Shown: positions 10,371 through 20,793 of the stretch, in pieces | How the letters are laid out: each line of letters begins with the position of its first letter | How positions within the stretch are numbered: the stretch's first letter is position 1 | Source of the DNA: Candidatus Micrarchaeota archaeon | GTDB lineage: Archaea; Micrarchaeota; Micrarchaeia; Anstonellales; J096 | Assembly (NCBI GenBank): GCA_030550115.1 | Contig: JAUQPY010000013.1 | Location: 1 to 56,257, forward strand | Direction of reading: 5' to 3' | Length of the DNA stretch: 56,257 nucleotides | The notes under the pieces: generated by a model | Databases searched by the model: none | The model's input: only the letters and a program-made list of their open reading frames with translations | What the model was told of the DNA's origin: nothing | Made by a program: the position numbers and the translations under genes

Positions 10371-10912
10371 AATCTATTGATCTAATTCTAATAACATTGA
10401 TAATTATAACGATCTTATCTATTAGAATGGTATATGAATACAATCAATACTACGCTAAAAACTATGTTGAATTAGAGAAATATATAAACACGATTTATAG
10501 CTATCTCCAGGACAAGTACAACGATGCTAGCAGAATTGAATTGTTAAGCACTATTGAATCCAATGATAGCATCAAAGTTAGTTTTGCGCTTGTATTTAAT
10601 GATACCAGTTTCTATCCCAAGAGATATCATGTAGATTATATATATCCAGATTATAAATTTGCGGAGATAGATCCATACATCATAACTCTAGCTGATTGTA
10701 GCAAAAATAATAACTGTAGGTTGATATACCCTGAAGAGGTTATTTACAATCTGGGAATAAAAAAACCACATCTAAGAGACTATCAGATACTAAGGAAAGA
10801 ATTAATCTTTGATAACAATCAGTGGTTAGTGAATCTAGAGTTGGATAAGTTGAGAGTATCGGCTAGAGTTTCTATTTCCGGAGATATTCTATACTATTCA
10901 GAAACTCCATGA
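10367..10912 (+). CDS. N-terminally anchored membrane or secreted protein
   Basis: N-terminal hydrophobic helix, Cys pair CSKNNNC. Confidence 0.7.
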   Translation: MKSIDLILITLIIITILSIRMVYEYNQYYAKNYVELEKYINTIYSYLQDKYNDASRIELLSTIESNDSIKVSFALVFNDTSFYPKRYHVDYIYPDYKFAEIDPYIITLADCSKNNNCRLIYPEEVIYNLGIKKPHLRDYQILRKELIFDNNQWLVNLELDKLRVSARVSISGDILYYSETP

Positions 10913-11306
10913 ATTCATCCTGTTTGTAAACACTAGCTTTCTTCTCTAATCTTCCATCTATGAATACGTATGCAGTAGGTATAAATACCTCCCTATCCTC
11001 ACCCCCAACTCTTGTAATGGCTATAGCCCCCAATCTACGTATAACTATTCTAGAGGGATCTGAAAGGATGTCAAATTCGATTTTTAGCTGAGCTGCTACA
11101 TTGAGATTCTCATCAACACTATCTGTATTAATAGCTATCTTATCTCCTATATATCTGTTTAATATCCCTAGCATGCCCAAGAATTCAGGGTTTCTATTAT
11201 TGGGATATACAAATATCAATAGATTAGTGGATTTTGCATACTGTTCCATGTTAATAATCTCAGCTCTCTGATTATATAAATTCACCCCTAGTAGCTCCTC
11301 AATCAT
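10872..11306 (-). CDS. peroxiredoxin/Bcp-like (AhpC/TSA fold) protein lacking cysteine
   Basis: LLIFVYP...IAINTDS...FDILSDP...PTAYV matches the Bcp pattern; no Cys in the protein. Confidence 0.6.
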   Translation of the reverse strand: MIEELLGVNLYNQRAEIINMEQYAKSTNLLIFVYPNNRNPEFLGMLGILNRYIGDKIAINTDSVDENLNVAAQLKIEFDILSDPSRIVIRRLGAIAITRVGGEDREVFIPTAYVFIDGRLEKKASVYKQDEFMEFLNSIEYLRK

Positions 11307-11331
11307 GTAGTTTATTTAATAAAAATTGATT

Positions 11332-12429
11332 TTAAAAATATCTATTCCACATCTCACTTGCCAATTTCCCATCATACATATACTTATCAATATTAACTGA
11401 TCTTCTATTTCTCTGTAATCTCTCTAAAAATTCCCATATTCTCTCAATAGTATAGTCTTTCAATTCTCCAGTCAACATTTCCCCAGATCTGTACCTATCA
11501 TATATCTCTCTAATCGTATTATCATCATCCTCAAACATATAATATAGTAGCTGAAAGGACACATCTATATCAGGATTTCCTCCTAATTTTCTATGTAATT
11601 CTACTGTAGGTTGACCACCTGAAAATGCCCTGTATATCTTCTTTCTCAGAGATTCTTTAGTCTCATCTAGGAAGATAACTGTTTCGGGCTTTGAAGAGCT
11701 CATTTTAGACCCTGGACCCATTAGAGAAGGGAAAAACCTGTTGTGTATAGCTGAAACCTTTCTGTATCCTAATGATTCTGCGATATCTCTCTGTACTCTC
11801 CAATAAGGATCCTGGTCTATACCAGCAGGAATCAGAGGCACATTCTTCTCAAACATAGTTGGAACTGTTTGGAGTGCTGTATAGAATATCAGTCCAAGAT
11901 TACTCTCTCCTGTAAATCCAAATACCGCTTTTGCTGTTGATAGGTTTATCTTCCTAGCTATCTCCAGACTTAATCTATACATATTCCGTATGTATTCAGT
12001 ATCTCTAAATATAAATGTTCTATCTGGATCAAATCCGATAGATGCTATATCTTGAATGTTCTGAATAGCATATCTATCAATCTCTTTCCATCCAATTTCT
12101 CTATTATATACAAATTTCTCATCATCACTTATCATGATGTATAGATTAGCCCCATATCTATCCTGTAACCACTTGGCTAGTAAAAATGGTGGGAGATGGC
12201 CTATATGCATCTTACCACTAGGTCCTCTACCAGTATATATAAAAAATCCGTCTCTTAGCGCTACATCTAAATCTCTATGTGAGAAAAAGAACCCTCTTCT
12301 TAACATAACCGGAAGATTCTCCGGAGGAGTATTGAATATACTCACATCCAACCTCTTAGTACCAAATTCCTCTATCAGTCTATCGTAATCTATATCCCCT
12401 TCTACTCTCCAAGGATCAACTATCATCAT
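11332..12429 (-). CDS. trpS: tryptophan--tRNA ligase
   Basis: YTGRGPSGKMHIGH (HIGH), GIDQDPYWR, KMSSS, AFSGGQ. Confidence 0.96.
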   Translation of the reverse strand: MMIVDPWRVEGDIDYDRLIEEFGTKRLDVSIFNTPPENLPVMLRRGFFFSHRDLDVALRDGFFIYTGRGPSGKMHIGHLPPFLLAKWLQDRYGANLYIMISDDEKFVYNREIGWKEIDRYAIQNIQDIASIGFDPDRTFIFRDTEYIRNMYRLSLEIARKINLSTAKAVFGFTGESNLGLIFYTALQTVPTMFEKNVPLIPAGIDQDPYWRVQRDIAESLGYRKVSAIHNRFFPSLMGPGSKMSSSKPETVIFLDETKESLRKKIYRAFSGGQPTVELHRKLGGNPDIDVSFQLLYYMFEDDDNTIREIYDRYRSGEMLTGELKDYTIERIWEFLERLQRNRRSVNIDKYMYDGKLASEMWNRYF

Positions 12430-12467
12430 TTAATAATATAACATTTCATTTATAATTGGTGATGTTT

Positions 12468-13157
12468 ATGGAAATAGGTATTGTTGGACCTGGAGGTACA
12501 AGAGATCTACTTATAAAGCAACCTACAGGTTTTGGTACAGGTGGATTTTATATAAGAGATGATTCGGTAACCTACTATATAGATCCAGGTCCTGGAGCAG
12601 TGCTGAAAATAAATCGACAGCATCCAGATTTACAGATAGATAAGATAATATGTAGTCATTTCCATTTAGATCATTATGGGGACTTATTAGCAACTATAGA
12701 ATATTCTACCAATTTGGAACGTAAAGTAGATTTAATATCAACTGATGATGTGTATAGGTATATAGACCAATATCATAAGAAATTCATAAATTACATCAAT
12801 TATAAGAATTTCAAAAACACGTTTCCAATAGATCATGGTATAGATGGATTTGGGATATATCTTGAGGATTTAGGAGTATATTATACCTCAGACGGCAAAT
12901 TTCACAATAGATTACTGAACGTACAGGCAGATATTCTGATTGCAAATATCGCAGTGATAGAACCTACCAGTATAAAACACATGTCATTACAAGACCTGAA
13001 AAAATTCATAGACATGATTACACCAAAACATGTTATTATCTCTCATTATTCTATATATCTTCTGAAGAGATTAGATATGTTAATGTCAGAATTAATATCT
13101 AGCTATCCTGACATAAAATTCTATACGGCAAAGGAAGGAGATAGATATGTATTTTAA
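12468..13157 (+). CDS. metallo-beta-lactamase fold hydrolase
   Basis: IDPGPG, SHFHLDHYGD, YTSD, ISHY; GGTGA SD before ATG 12468. Confidence 0.85.
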   Translation: MEIGIVGPGGTRDLLIKQPTGFGTGGFYIRDDSVTYYIDPGPGAVLKINRQHPDLQIDKIICSHFHLDHYGDLLATIEYSTNLERKVDLISTDDVYRYIDQYHKKFINYINYKNFKNTFPIDHGIDGFGIYLEDLGVYYTSDGKFHNRLLNVQADILIANIAVIEPTSIKHMSLQDLKKFIDMITPKHVIISHYSIYLLKRLDMLMSELISSYPDIKFYTAKEGDRYVF

Positions 13158-14106
13158 GATCGATAAGGATAGAACATACATCAGAATAGATACTGCAAAT
13201 GATCTTTGGTATATATGGAATCTCATAGGACCTGGAGATGTCGTAGAGTCTACTAGTTTAAGATCAGTAGAAGGGATGGATCAGAAAAAACCAGTTAGGA
13301 TAAAGCTAGAAGTAGAGAGAGTAAAATACATGAAAGATATTCATAGCGTAAGATTAACTGGTAAGATTATAGATGGTTCACCAAGTGAATACGTTCAGCT
13401 AGGTAGGTATCATAGTTTTGATATACGCAAAGACTCAGAATTATATGTATACAAAGACTGGAGTGAATATGAAAGGGAATTACTAAATGATGCACTAAAG
13501 AACTCTAGAGAATTGATAGCTAATGTAGTTCTGATAGATGAGAGAAATCTAAAAATCCTAAACCTGTATCCCATAGGTATGGAGATAATCTTAGAGCGAG
13601 ATCTGCCATATAGTAAGATGTCTGAAGAGAATCGAGATAGAATATATTCAGAAATAGCCAAATCTCTAACGTCTAAAAAGATCATAATAGCTGGGCCTGG
13701 ATTTGAGAAAGAGAAACTAGCTAATTACCTAAAATCCGATCATGATATTCTAGCTGTACTGGGTGTTAGCTATGCAGAAATAAGTTCTCTGAAAGAACTA
13801 TTCCCTCAGATCCGTGATATCATAGCTAAATATAGAATTCAGCAGGATTTAGAAATTGTGGGGATATTAAATCAATATATAGCCAAGTATTCTGAAATGG
13901 TTGTTTTTGGGGAGGATATTAAAAACTATGCTGAGGGTAATCTGGAGCTGGTGTGTGTGATAGATGACGCTCTAGAGAGCAAAGAAATTAGAGATCTTCT
14001 AAAGATAGTCGAGAAATATGGTACTAAAATATACATTTTTTCTTCTGAATCACCATATGCTGAAACAATAAAAATGCTGAAAACAGTAGGGATAAGAAGA
14101 TATTAA
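13147..14106 (+). CDS. pelA: mRNA surveillance protein pelota
   Basis: DLWYIWNLIGPGD, RLTGKI, LGRYHS, AGPGFEK. Confidence 0.9.
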   Translation: MYFKIDKDRTYIRIDTANDLWYIWNLIGPGDVVESTSLRSVEGMDQKKPVRIKLEVERVKYMKDIHSVRLTGKIIDGSPSEYVQLGRYHSFDIRKDSELYVYKDWSEYERELLNDALKNSRELIANVVLIDERNLKILNLYPIGMEIILERDLPYSKMSEENRDRIYSEIAKSLTSKKIIIAGPGFEKEKLANYLKSDHDILAVLGVSYAEISSLKELFPQIRDIIAKYRIQQDLEIVGILNQYIAKYSEMVVFGEDIKNYAEGNLELVCVIDDALESKEIRDLLKIVEKYGTKIYIFSSESPYAETIKMLKTVGIRRY

Positions 14107-15047
14107 TACTCTGTAAGACCGTAGAAGTATTCCACTAATAGAGGATTTATAGACATAGGAGCTACCCTATAGAAGTACTTATCGTATGGTTGCCCTGTGA
14201 TCCTTTTTAATTCCTGCCAATCCTTAGTATTTCGCAATCCTATTACAATCTCATTATCCTGAACTCTATCTATATACACCTCTTCAACAATTGCTCGAAC
14301 CTTAAGTTTAATAGTAGTAGGAATAATGCTATAATTACTCGACAACCTTAAATTTTCCTCTATTATGTTCAAAGGAGTACTAAATATGTTATTGAATGTA
14401 TGTGAAGAGACTCTTGCATTCTCAGGCCCCACCATCCTCCGCTCAGTTGTCTCCCCATAAACTGTTATAGTATAGTACAAATTCAAGTAGAGATTGTTCA
14501 GAAGACTCAAATCAGTTACTTTCTTACCAACATATTGATCAGGATTTGCAAGAATCCTATCAAGAGTGTTCTTTACATTCTGATCCAGATTCAATTCAAA
14601 CTTATATTTCATATCTATATACCTACTGCATACATCATTATATGGTCCTACTGGGAAGTATGTGTATTGAATAAGTAAAGGATATTCCTCTCTATAGCTC
14701 CAATTTCCATTATTAGCATCTTTGTTGATAAGCAGGTGTCTTTTGACTTCTGAATATACTTTAACAGTATTATATCCTTGTCTGGCAGGATACTTGTTTA
14801 TATCTATCGAATTAACTTCTATTTCATCTGCAAAGTATCTTGAACAATAGTACCTCTCATGTATCAGATCATTAAGCAGATTGCAAGATGAAAGATTTAA
14901 TGACAGTGTACCTAAAGCCATAACTACAGCAGTAGTTTTAGCCAATTTTCTAATTGGACTCATATATCTCTCCACTCTCTCTTTGAAACTCTCTAGTTTT
15001 CTAGGTGGAGTCTGCTTGGATTCATTCTCATAATTCAACCTGTTCAT
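14103..15047 (-). CDS. hypothetical lipoprotein-like protein
   Basis: Basic N-region, hydrophobic stretch and lipobox-like LSSC. Confidence 0.65.
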   Translation of the reverse strand: MNRLNYENESKQTPPRKLESFKERVERYMSPIRKLAKTTAVVMALGTLSLNLSSCNLLNDLIHERYYCSRYFADEIEVNSIDINKYPARQGYNTVKVYSEVKRHLLINKDANNGNWSYREEYPLLIQYTYFPVGPYNDVCSRYIDMKYKFELNLDQNVKNTLDRILANPDQYVGKKVTDLSLLNNLYLNLYYTITVYGETTERRMVGPENARVSSHTFNNIFSTPLNIIEENLRLSSNYSIIPTTIKLKVRAIVEEVYIDRVQDNEIVIGLRNTKDWQELKRITGQPYDKYFYRVAPMSINPLLVEYFYGLTEY

Positions 15048-15082
15048 GTAATATATAATTATGGATATATTTAAAAAAAAGA

Positions 15083-15156
15083 TGCCGCAGGGGGGATTTG
15101 AACCCCCGACCCCTCGGTCTTCAGCCGAGTGCTCTTCCGGGCTGAGCTACCGCGGC
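15083..15156 (-). tRNA. tRNA-Phe (GAA)
   Basis: Minus strand GCCGCGG...CTCGG CTGAAGA CCGAG...GTTCAAATC...CTGCGGCA. Confidence 0.96.
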
Positions 15157-15231
15157 TGCTATGTTCATTTACTATAGAACAATTTTTAAAGTTTAGAGAT
15201 CTTTTTTATAGGTTTCTATATAATATATAAC

Positions 15232-15822
15232 ATGTTGGTGAGTAATTGCGAAAGAGCAGTATTAAAGCTCAGGAGTAACAACACAGATCCCAAACATTAT
15301 AATCACATATCTAACAGAGCATCAAAGTATTTGAACATTATCTATCCTGAAGTAATCGAATTGAAAATTGAGTTCAAATCCAATCATAGAGCGGAGAGCT
15401 ATGCTACCATAAAGAATTCAAAGGCAAAGATATCAATAGCAAGAGAAGCGCATATTGATGTGATCTTCAATCATGAGATTGCTCACGTTATATTTCATGT
15501 TGTAGCTACTAGACCTGATAGGCAATTATTAGACAGTATAAATTCATTTTATGAACTCATTAGACAACATGGTATTGTAAGATTGCTGTCAGAGAGTAAC
15601 TATCTAATATATCCATCCTTGGGACATCCTGAGGATAGTCCGTCTGAGATGTTCGCCTCTCTATACAATCTACTTATGCTACTCAATAGTAATCTAATCA
15701 ATAATATCCAGAGAGAATTCATTGGAACAAATCTGAAGTTGTTATCTAATAATTTTCCTGAGTTGAACCAGATTCTAAGACAGATTCAACATTATATGCC
15801 TGAGATTGATTTAAAAATCTAA
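15232..15822 (+). CDS. putative zincin-like metallopeptidase (HExxH, paralogue 4)
   Basis: HEIAH plus LGHPEDSPSEMFAS. Confidence 0.7.
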   Translation: MLVSNCERAVLKLRSNNTDPKHYNHISNRASKYLNIIYPEVIELKIEFKSNHRAESYATIKNSKAKISIAREAHIDVIFNHEIAHVIFHVVATRPDRQLLDSINSFYELIRQHGIVRLLSESNYLIYPSLGHPEDSPSEMFASLYNLLMLLNSNLINNIQREFIGTNLKLLSNNFPELNQILRQIQHYMPEIDLKI

Positions 15823-15838
15823 ATTTAAAATAATAAAT

Positions 15839-16207
15839 ATGGATCCTGTGGGTTTAGATATATCATATGAATTAATCCCCATAAGAGCAAGTAAAACAGA
15901 TGATTTTATAGTTCTCCTGTTAAATGTTAAAAACGTAGATAAGCGTAAGAAGCTAATATCTCTAGATGTGGTGTCTAACAATGATCAAATATATCTTGAT
16001 AGCTACAGAGCTAGGAAAAAAGAGGAATTTAGACTCGGTATTCTTAGTGAGAAAGAGTCCAGAGAAATTCCAGTAAAACTGTTTCTCCAGAAACCCTCGG
16101 CAAGACCTGGATTGTATGATATAAGTATTATATCTTATTTGCACGATAGAGATTATGAATCTTATATTGAGAAGAGTGAATTCAAAATACAGGTCAGAGT
16201 AGTTTAA
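15839..16207 (+). CDS. hypothetical protein, possibly an Ig-like beta-sandwich
   Basis: LNVKN...LGIL...SREIPV...PGLYDISI pattern of CARDB/Ig-like domains. Confidence 0.65.
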   Translation: MDPVGLDISYELIPIRASKTDDFIVLLLNVKNVDKRKKLISLDVVSNNDQIYLDSYRARKKEEFRLGILSEKESREIPVKLFLQKPSARPGLYDISIISYLHDRDYESYIEKSEFKIQVRVV

Positions 16208-16520
16208 TGAAACTTAAATATTATAATCATAGGGTATTTTAGTGGATCCGATCGGATTAGATAAAAGGTAAAAATCTTTTATACATATTAGAGATTTTGA
16301 AAGAGTAGAAGGAGGTTATTTCCAGAAGCTTTGAATATACATGGAAAACTTGCGATTAGCAACACTTCAGGCGGAGCGCTGGATTTATTCCTTAGAGACT
16401 ATGATAAAGAGTTATAGGGCTACACGAAAATCTAGTATGATACTTTAGAATTAGATCCGAGAACAAGTAAGAGAGATATTATAGAAAAGATAATAGAAGA
16501 GAACGATCTTATAATACTAG

Positions 16521-16919
16521 TTAAATCTTAGTAAATTTAAATCCATATGCTATAATTCCTTCTGGATTATCTTCTTGAATTTTTCTAACTACTTTGTATA
16601 CTTCCATACCCTCATGAACCTCTTCAGGTTTTACATCAACTATCTGTGCCAAGATCTTAGGGCCTTCTTTGAGCTTAATTATCGCCAATATATATGGGGC
16701 TTGATCTACAAATCCTTCTGGAGCTGCATGCACCACAGTCCATGATACCACATTACCATATCCACTAAAGTCCTTGTATTCAACTATCTTTCCCTTTCGT
16801 CTACACTTTGGACATATTGTTCTCTTAGGTAAATATATATTTCCACAAGTTTCACATTTACTACCTATCAATCTATATCTCTGTTCTCTCAATCTCCATT
16901 GACTAGGTACACTTAGCAT
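16521..16919 (-). CDS. DUF35 family Zn-ribbon/OB-fold protein
   Basis: CETCG...PKRTICPKC, SWTVVH, PYILAIIKLKEGP; start trimmed to ATG 16919. Confidence 0.88.
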   Translation of the reverse strand: MLSVPSQWRLREQRYRLIGSKCETCGNIYLPKRTICPKCRRKGKIVEYKDFSGYGNVVSWTVVHAAPEGFVDQAPYILAIIKLKEGPKILAQIVDVKPEEVHEGMEVYKVVRKIQEDNPEGIIAYGFKFTKI

Positions 16920-16967
16920 ATCTCTATTTTCAGAGCTAATATATTTAAAAACTATCCATATTAACTT

Positions 16968-18233
16968 ATGAGACTTGTTAAAATAGTGGCTACTCTCTAT
17001 GAAAAGTTTGATATAGATCTGTTCAGATACATAGATATTGCTAGATTCAATTTCTCTCATAGAAGTTACGGAGAAATAGATGAATGGTTAGCATTAATCG
17101 AAGAAGCGGAGAGAAGATTCAACAAGAAGATCACAGTGCTTGCAGATACCAAAGGTCCAGAGATAAGAACTGGTGCAGGTATAGAACTGAGAGCTGGGGA
17201 GAGGATAGATGTTAGAGAGTTGAAGCTATCCAATGAAGCTGCTTTCAGAGATGTTCTCGACTCCGGGGATATAGTGTTGATCGATGATGGTAAGGTAATG
17301 CTTAGAGCTATTGATAAGAATACTCTAGAGGCCATGAGTAATTATCCTATTAAACCTAGAAAATCAGTGATAGTAAGAAACAAGGATTATAATATACCTT
17401 CTATAACCAAGGAGGATTTAGAAGATTTAGAATTTATAAAGATTCGTAGATTTGACGTGATTGCTCAGTCGTTTGTCAGAACTCCTGAGGATGTACTCAA
17501 GATGAAAGAGTTATCAGGGTTACCTGTTATAGCTAAAATAGAAACCGCTAGTGCTGTAAGGAATATAGATGAGATAATAAAGGTAGCTGATGGAATAATG
17601 ATAGCTAGAGGAGATCTAGCCCTATCTATCCCAGAGGAGAAACTACCCAAAGTGCAATCCATGATCCTCAAGAAGGCTAATAAAATACCTGTAATAGTTG
17701 CAACTCAGGTATTATCATCGATGACAGATTCCCCATTCCCTAAGAGAGCAGAGCTTACTGATATCTATAATGCTGTAATTAATGGAGCTGATGCTCTTAT
17801 GCTTTCAGAAGAGACTGCTGTAGGTAGATACAAGAGAGAGACTCTTGAGATAATGCACAGAACTATATTAGAGGCTCAGGAACTGGCAGAAAGAGTAAGT
17901 AGTATAGATGATTACAAGGATAAGATAGCATATAGTGCAGCTATGTTAGCTGAAGAATTCAATTCGCCAATAATAGCACCCACCTATCTAGGTACAACCC
18001 CTAGGAAGATTTCATCTTTCAGACCTAAACAGCCTATCTATGCAATAACATCTAATCACAGAATCACAGGATATTTGAATCTATTCTATGGAGTATTTCC
18101 CAGAGTATACAATTATGAACCTATCTTCGAGAAATTTAATGATATAAAGAGATTCTTGGGATTGGATAGGGCTGTATTTGTATTCGGATATCCTCCGGGA
18201 AATAGTAATACGAATTCGATTGTATATATCTAA
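16968..18233 (+). CDS. pyk: pyruvate kinase
   Basis: KIVATL, ARFNFSH, DTKGPEIRTG, IAKIE, DGIMIARGDL, ATQ, MLSEETAVG. Confidence 0.96.
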   Translation: MRLVKIVATLYEKFDIDLFRYIDIARFNFSHRSYGEIDEWLALIEEAERRFNKKITVLADTKGPEIRTGAGIELRAGERIDVRELKLSNEAAFRDVLDSGDIVLIDDGKVMLRAIDKNTLEAMSNYPIKPRKSVIVRNKDYNIPSITKEDLEDLEFIKIRRFDVIAQSFVRTPEDVLKMKELSGLPVIAKIETASAVRNIDEIIKVADGIMIARGDLALSIPEEKLPKVQSMILKKANKIPVIVATQVLSSMTDSPFPKRAELTDIYNAVINGADALMLSEETAVGRYKRETLEIMHRTILEAQELAERVSSIDDYKDKIAYSAAMLAEEFNSPIIAPTYLGTTPRKISSFRPKQPIYAITSNHRITGYLNLFYGVFPRVYNYEPIFEKFNDIKRFLGLDRAVFVFGYPPGNSNTNSIVYI

Positions 18234-18234
18234 T

Positions 18235-19308
18235 ATGATGCAGGAGTTCCTAGAGACTTTAAGAGAGTTCTCGAATAGGATTGCTAGATATAAAATATCA
18301 GAATTAGATAGAGATTTAGAATCTCTGGGGGTAAGTGTTGATTGGGATAAGTTCAGAGAGAGGTCTAAACATTATATTCACAAACCAATTCTTGCTGATC
18401 TAATAACTAGTTTGGGTAGATTATCAGAGAGAAGATTAGCTATTGATAGAGAACTAATAAAGATGGATAATTCAATATTCATATCTAGCAACAATATCAA
18501 TTATCTGATAGCACCACAATCCGATAATCATAGTGTTATAAATAATTTGTATATATTGGCAGATCTGTACTATAGAGCAAGATCGTTGAATATAAGAATT
18601 CTAAATGATAAAATAGAGAGCACTGCTGGAGAATTTGTACTACCAATCACAGACAACTATCACTTCAACAGAGCACTGAATTTCCTTTCTGGACTACAGT
18701 TGAGTTTAGATGAGAATTTCGTAACAAAAAACAGCATCAGGCTACTGTATGATAGAGAATTAATTATATATATAAACAACTATCGTTATGGGTACTTTAT
18801 GCAAAGTAAATACTCTGAAAATGCTATATCGCTCAACTCAGATGTTATTGAATTTGGAAATAACATAATGATACCGCTGTATTTAGCAAATACTGAATTA
18901 CAGCATATTAAAGAATGGTTATTAGAGAATGGATTCCACATCTGGATAGATGGATATAGAATAATGTTTTCTATAAATAATCAAAAATACACGTTCCCCA
19001 CGGATTATGATCAGCAGGGCATAGTATATTCAATATATAAATATTATAAACTTATCAGGGGTGGGGTCTGGAAGGGAATTGTATACAGAATGGCTGATGA
19101 CGATGATATAGCTACTATTCAATATTTAGGAGCTAAATTATTATATTTAGGTAATAATCTACATGATTATGTGACGGTAAAATTTGAACTGCATGATGAA
19201 TTGATTATGCGGATTAAATCCAACATAACAGAATATGTATTCGATGTTACAGAAAATTTTGAAAAAATAGAGCAGAACATAAAAACAATCTTTAAAAATT
19301 ATCTATAG
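18235..19308 (+). CDS. hypothetical protein
   Basis: Long ORF; ATG 18235 directly follows the pyk stop. Confidence 0.7.
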   Translation: MMQEFLETLREFSNRIARYKISELDRDLESLGVSVDWDKFRERSKHYIHKPILADLITSLGRLSERRLAIDRELIKMDNSIFISSNNINYLIAPQSDNHSVINNLYILADLYYRARSLNIRILNDKIESTAGEFVLPITDNYHFNRALNFLSGLQLSLDENFVTKNSIRLLYDRELIIYINNYRYGYFMQSKYSENAISLNSDVIEFGNNIMIPLYLANTELQHIKEWLLENGFHIWIDGYRIMFSINNQKYTFPTDYDQQGIVYSIYKYYKLIRGGVWKGIVYRMADDDDIATIQYLGAKLLYLGNNLHDYVTVKFELHDELIMRIKSNITEYVFDVTENFEKIEQNIKTIFKNYL

Positions 19309-19322
19309 AATCTATACTGGCT

Positions 19323-20762
19323 GTGAAATCTAAGATCAGGATAGATTATGGGATTGATCTGATAAGATTCCGCAATCAATCTCTGGAAGCTCAAATACAG
19401 CTATCGATCACAAATCCCCAGCTCTTCTCCTTACTATTAGATACCCTACCAGACAGACTGGATTTCATAAGAGTATATCATAACATTAGAAATCAATTAA
19501 CAAAAGAGCACTATCGACATCTATTAGCAACGTGTAGAGAGGACATACCGAAAGAAATAATTTTAGATTACCGAGCAAGAGACGATCTAGATAATTATGA
19601 TAAAATTATGATCGATTTATATATCTCCTCTCTAAACAATCCCTATCTAAGAGCTCTAGTGAAGAGATTAGGTCCTGATATCTCCATGCGGTATCTTCAA
19701 GAACTTTTAGATATAAGATTCAATCTAGAGCTTCTCAAAGAGAATCCAAATGAATTTATAGATACGGTAATTCTATTAAAAAGACGAATAACAAATTCTT
19801 CGCTTAGACATTTAATATTAGAGTACTCCAGATCAATTACAGATATAACAACTACAATTAGAGTTTTAGAAATCAGAAAAGATATATATTCCAGAGGAAA
19901 TTATAATAAGGATATTATAAATAAGATATTGCTCTTTCCAGAACAGGCAGAAATCCTGATCAATAGAAATCCAAAGATATCAAAAGATCTGTTGCATCTT
20001 GCTCTATTAATGTATGAATTATATGGTGGAGATACTGATATAAAAATAGATTCTATACAGGACATATTTAATCATTGGAGCAGGATTGCTAGAAAAATAA
20101 TTCGTCCAATTAGATTAGCAGCAGACGCAGTAATAGCTGTTGCCGATCAGCTAAATATAGACCCAAATGTTATAGATTCTTATGCTAATGAATATTCTGG
20201 AATAGAGTATAAATACAAGAATAGATTCTTACTTGACGATAAGCTTGTATATAATCGGCTTAATAATCCTGATCTATGGATAGAGGATAAAAAATACGAT
20301 ATAGGATACGTTAATAACATCCGACTCTGGATAGAAGAGATAAGTGACCCAGAAAGAATAGTTATGTTGCAGTATATGTTGGCTGCTAAAATAACGTGTT
20401 TGAGATTAGATGGGGATCCAATTAGAAGGCTACAGCTCTTTGGAACTGCAATAGATCCGAATGTGAAAATATTAGCTCTTTGGAGTGATAGATATTCTAA
20501 GCCACTGAGTAGAATTATATTTAGGATAATAGAGGATTACAGAAATGATATCACCTTCTTAACAAATCTTAATATATACATTTCAAATTATGATGTCAAC
20601 AAAATCATATCTCAAACAGATATGATAGAGATATTTGATAGTTACTTACATTGGAGAGCTAACGATTTAGGAATTGTATATAGACCTGAATTAAAGTATT
20701 TACCTCCTTCGTATTATACCGATCTATCTGGTAGTGTTATAGGAAACTCATATTTTGAGTAG
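19323..20762 (+). CDS. hypothetical protein
   Basis: 479-aa ORF, GTG start, TTTAAAAA about 25 nt upstream. Confidence 0.7.
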   Translation: MKSKIRIDYGIDLIRFRNQSLEAQIQLSITNPQLFSLLLDTLPDRLDFIRVYHNIRNQLTKEHYRHLLATCREDIPKEIILDYRARDDLDNYDKIMIDLYISSLNNPYLRALVKRLGPDISMRYLQELLDIRFNLELLKENPNEFIDTVILLKRRITNSSLRHLILEYSRSITDITTTIRVLEIRKDIYSRGNYNKDIINKILLFPEQAEILINRNPKISKDLLHLALLMYELYGGDTDIKIDSIQDIFNHWSRIARKIIRPIRLAADAVIAVADQLNIDPNVIDSYANEYSGIEYKYKNRFLLDDKLVYNRLNNPDLWIEDKKYDIGYVNNIRLWIEEISDPERIVMLQYMLAAKITCLRLDGDPIRRLQLFGTAIDPNVKILALWSDRYSKPLSRIIFRIIEDYRNDITFLTNLNIYISNYDVNKIISQTDMIEIFDSYLHWRANDLGIVYRPELKYLPPSYYTDLSGSVIGNSYFE

Positions 20763-20793
20763 CATTTTTAAACATAATTGGAATATTAGATTC

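Noticed and set aside
16400..16440. Two in-frame TAG codons suggesting amber recoding
   Set aside because: TAG terminates clear genes in this window (e.g. hisS at 32515, nop5 at 53466), and conserved genes show no internal TAG.
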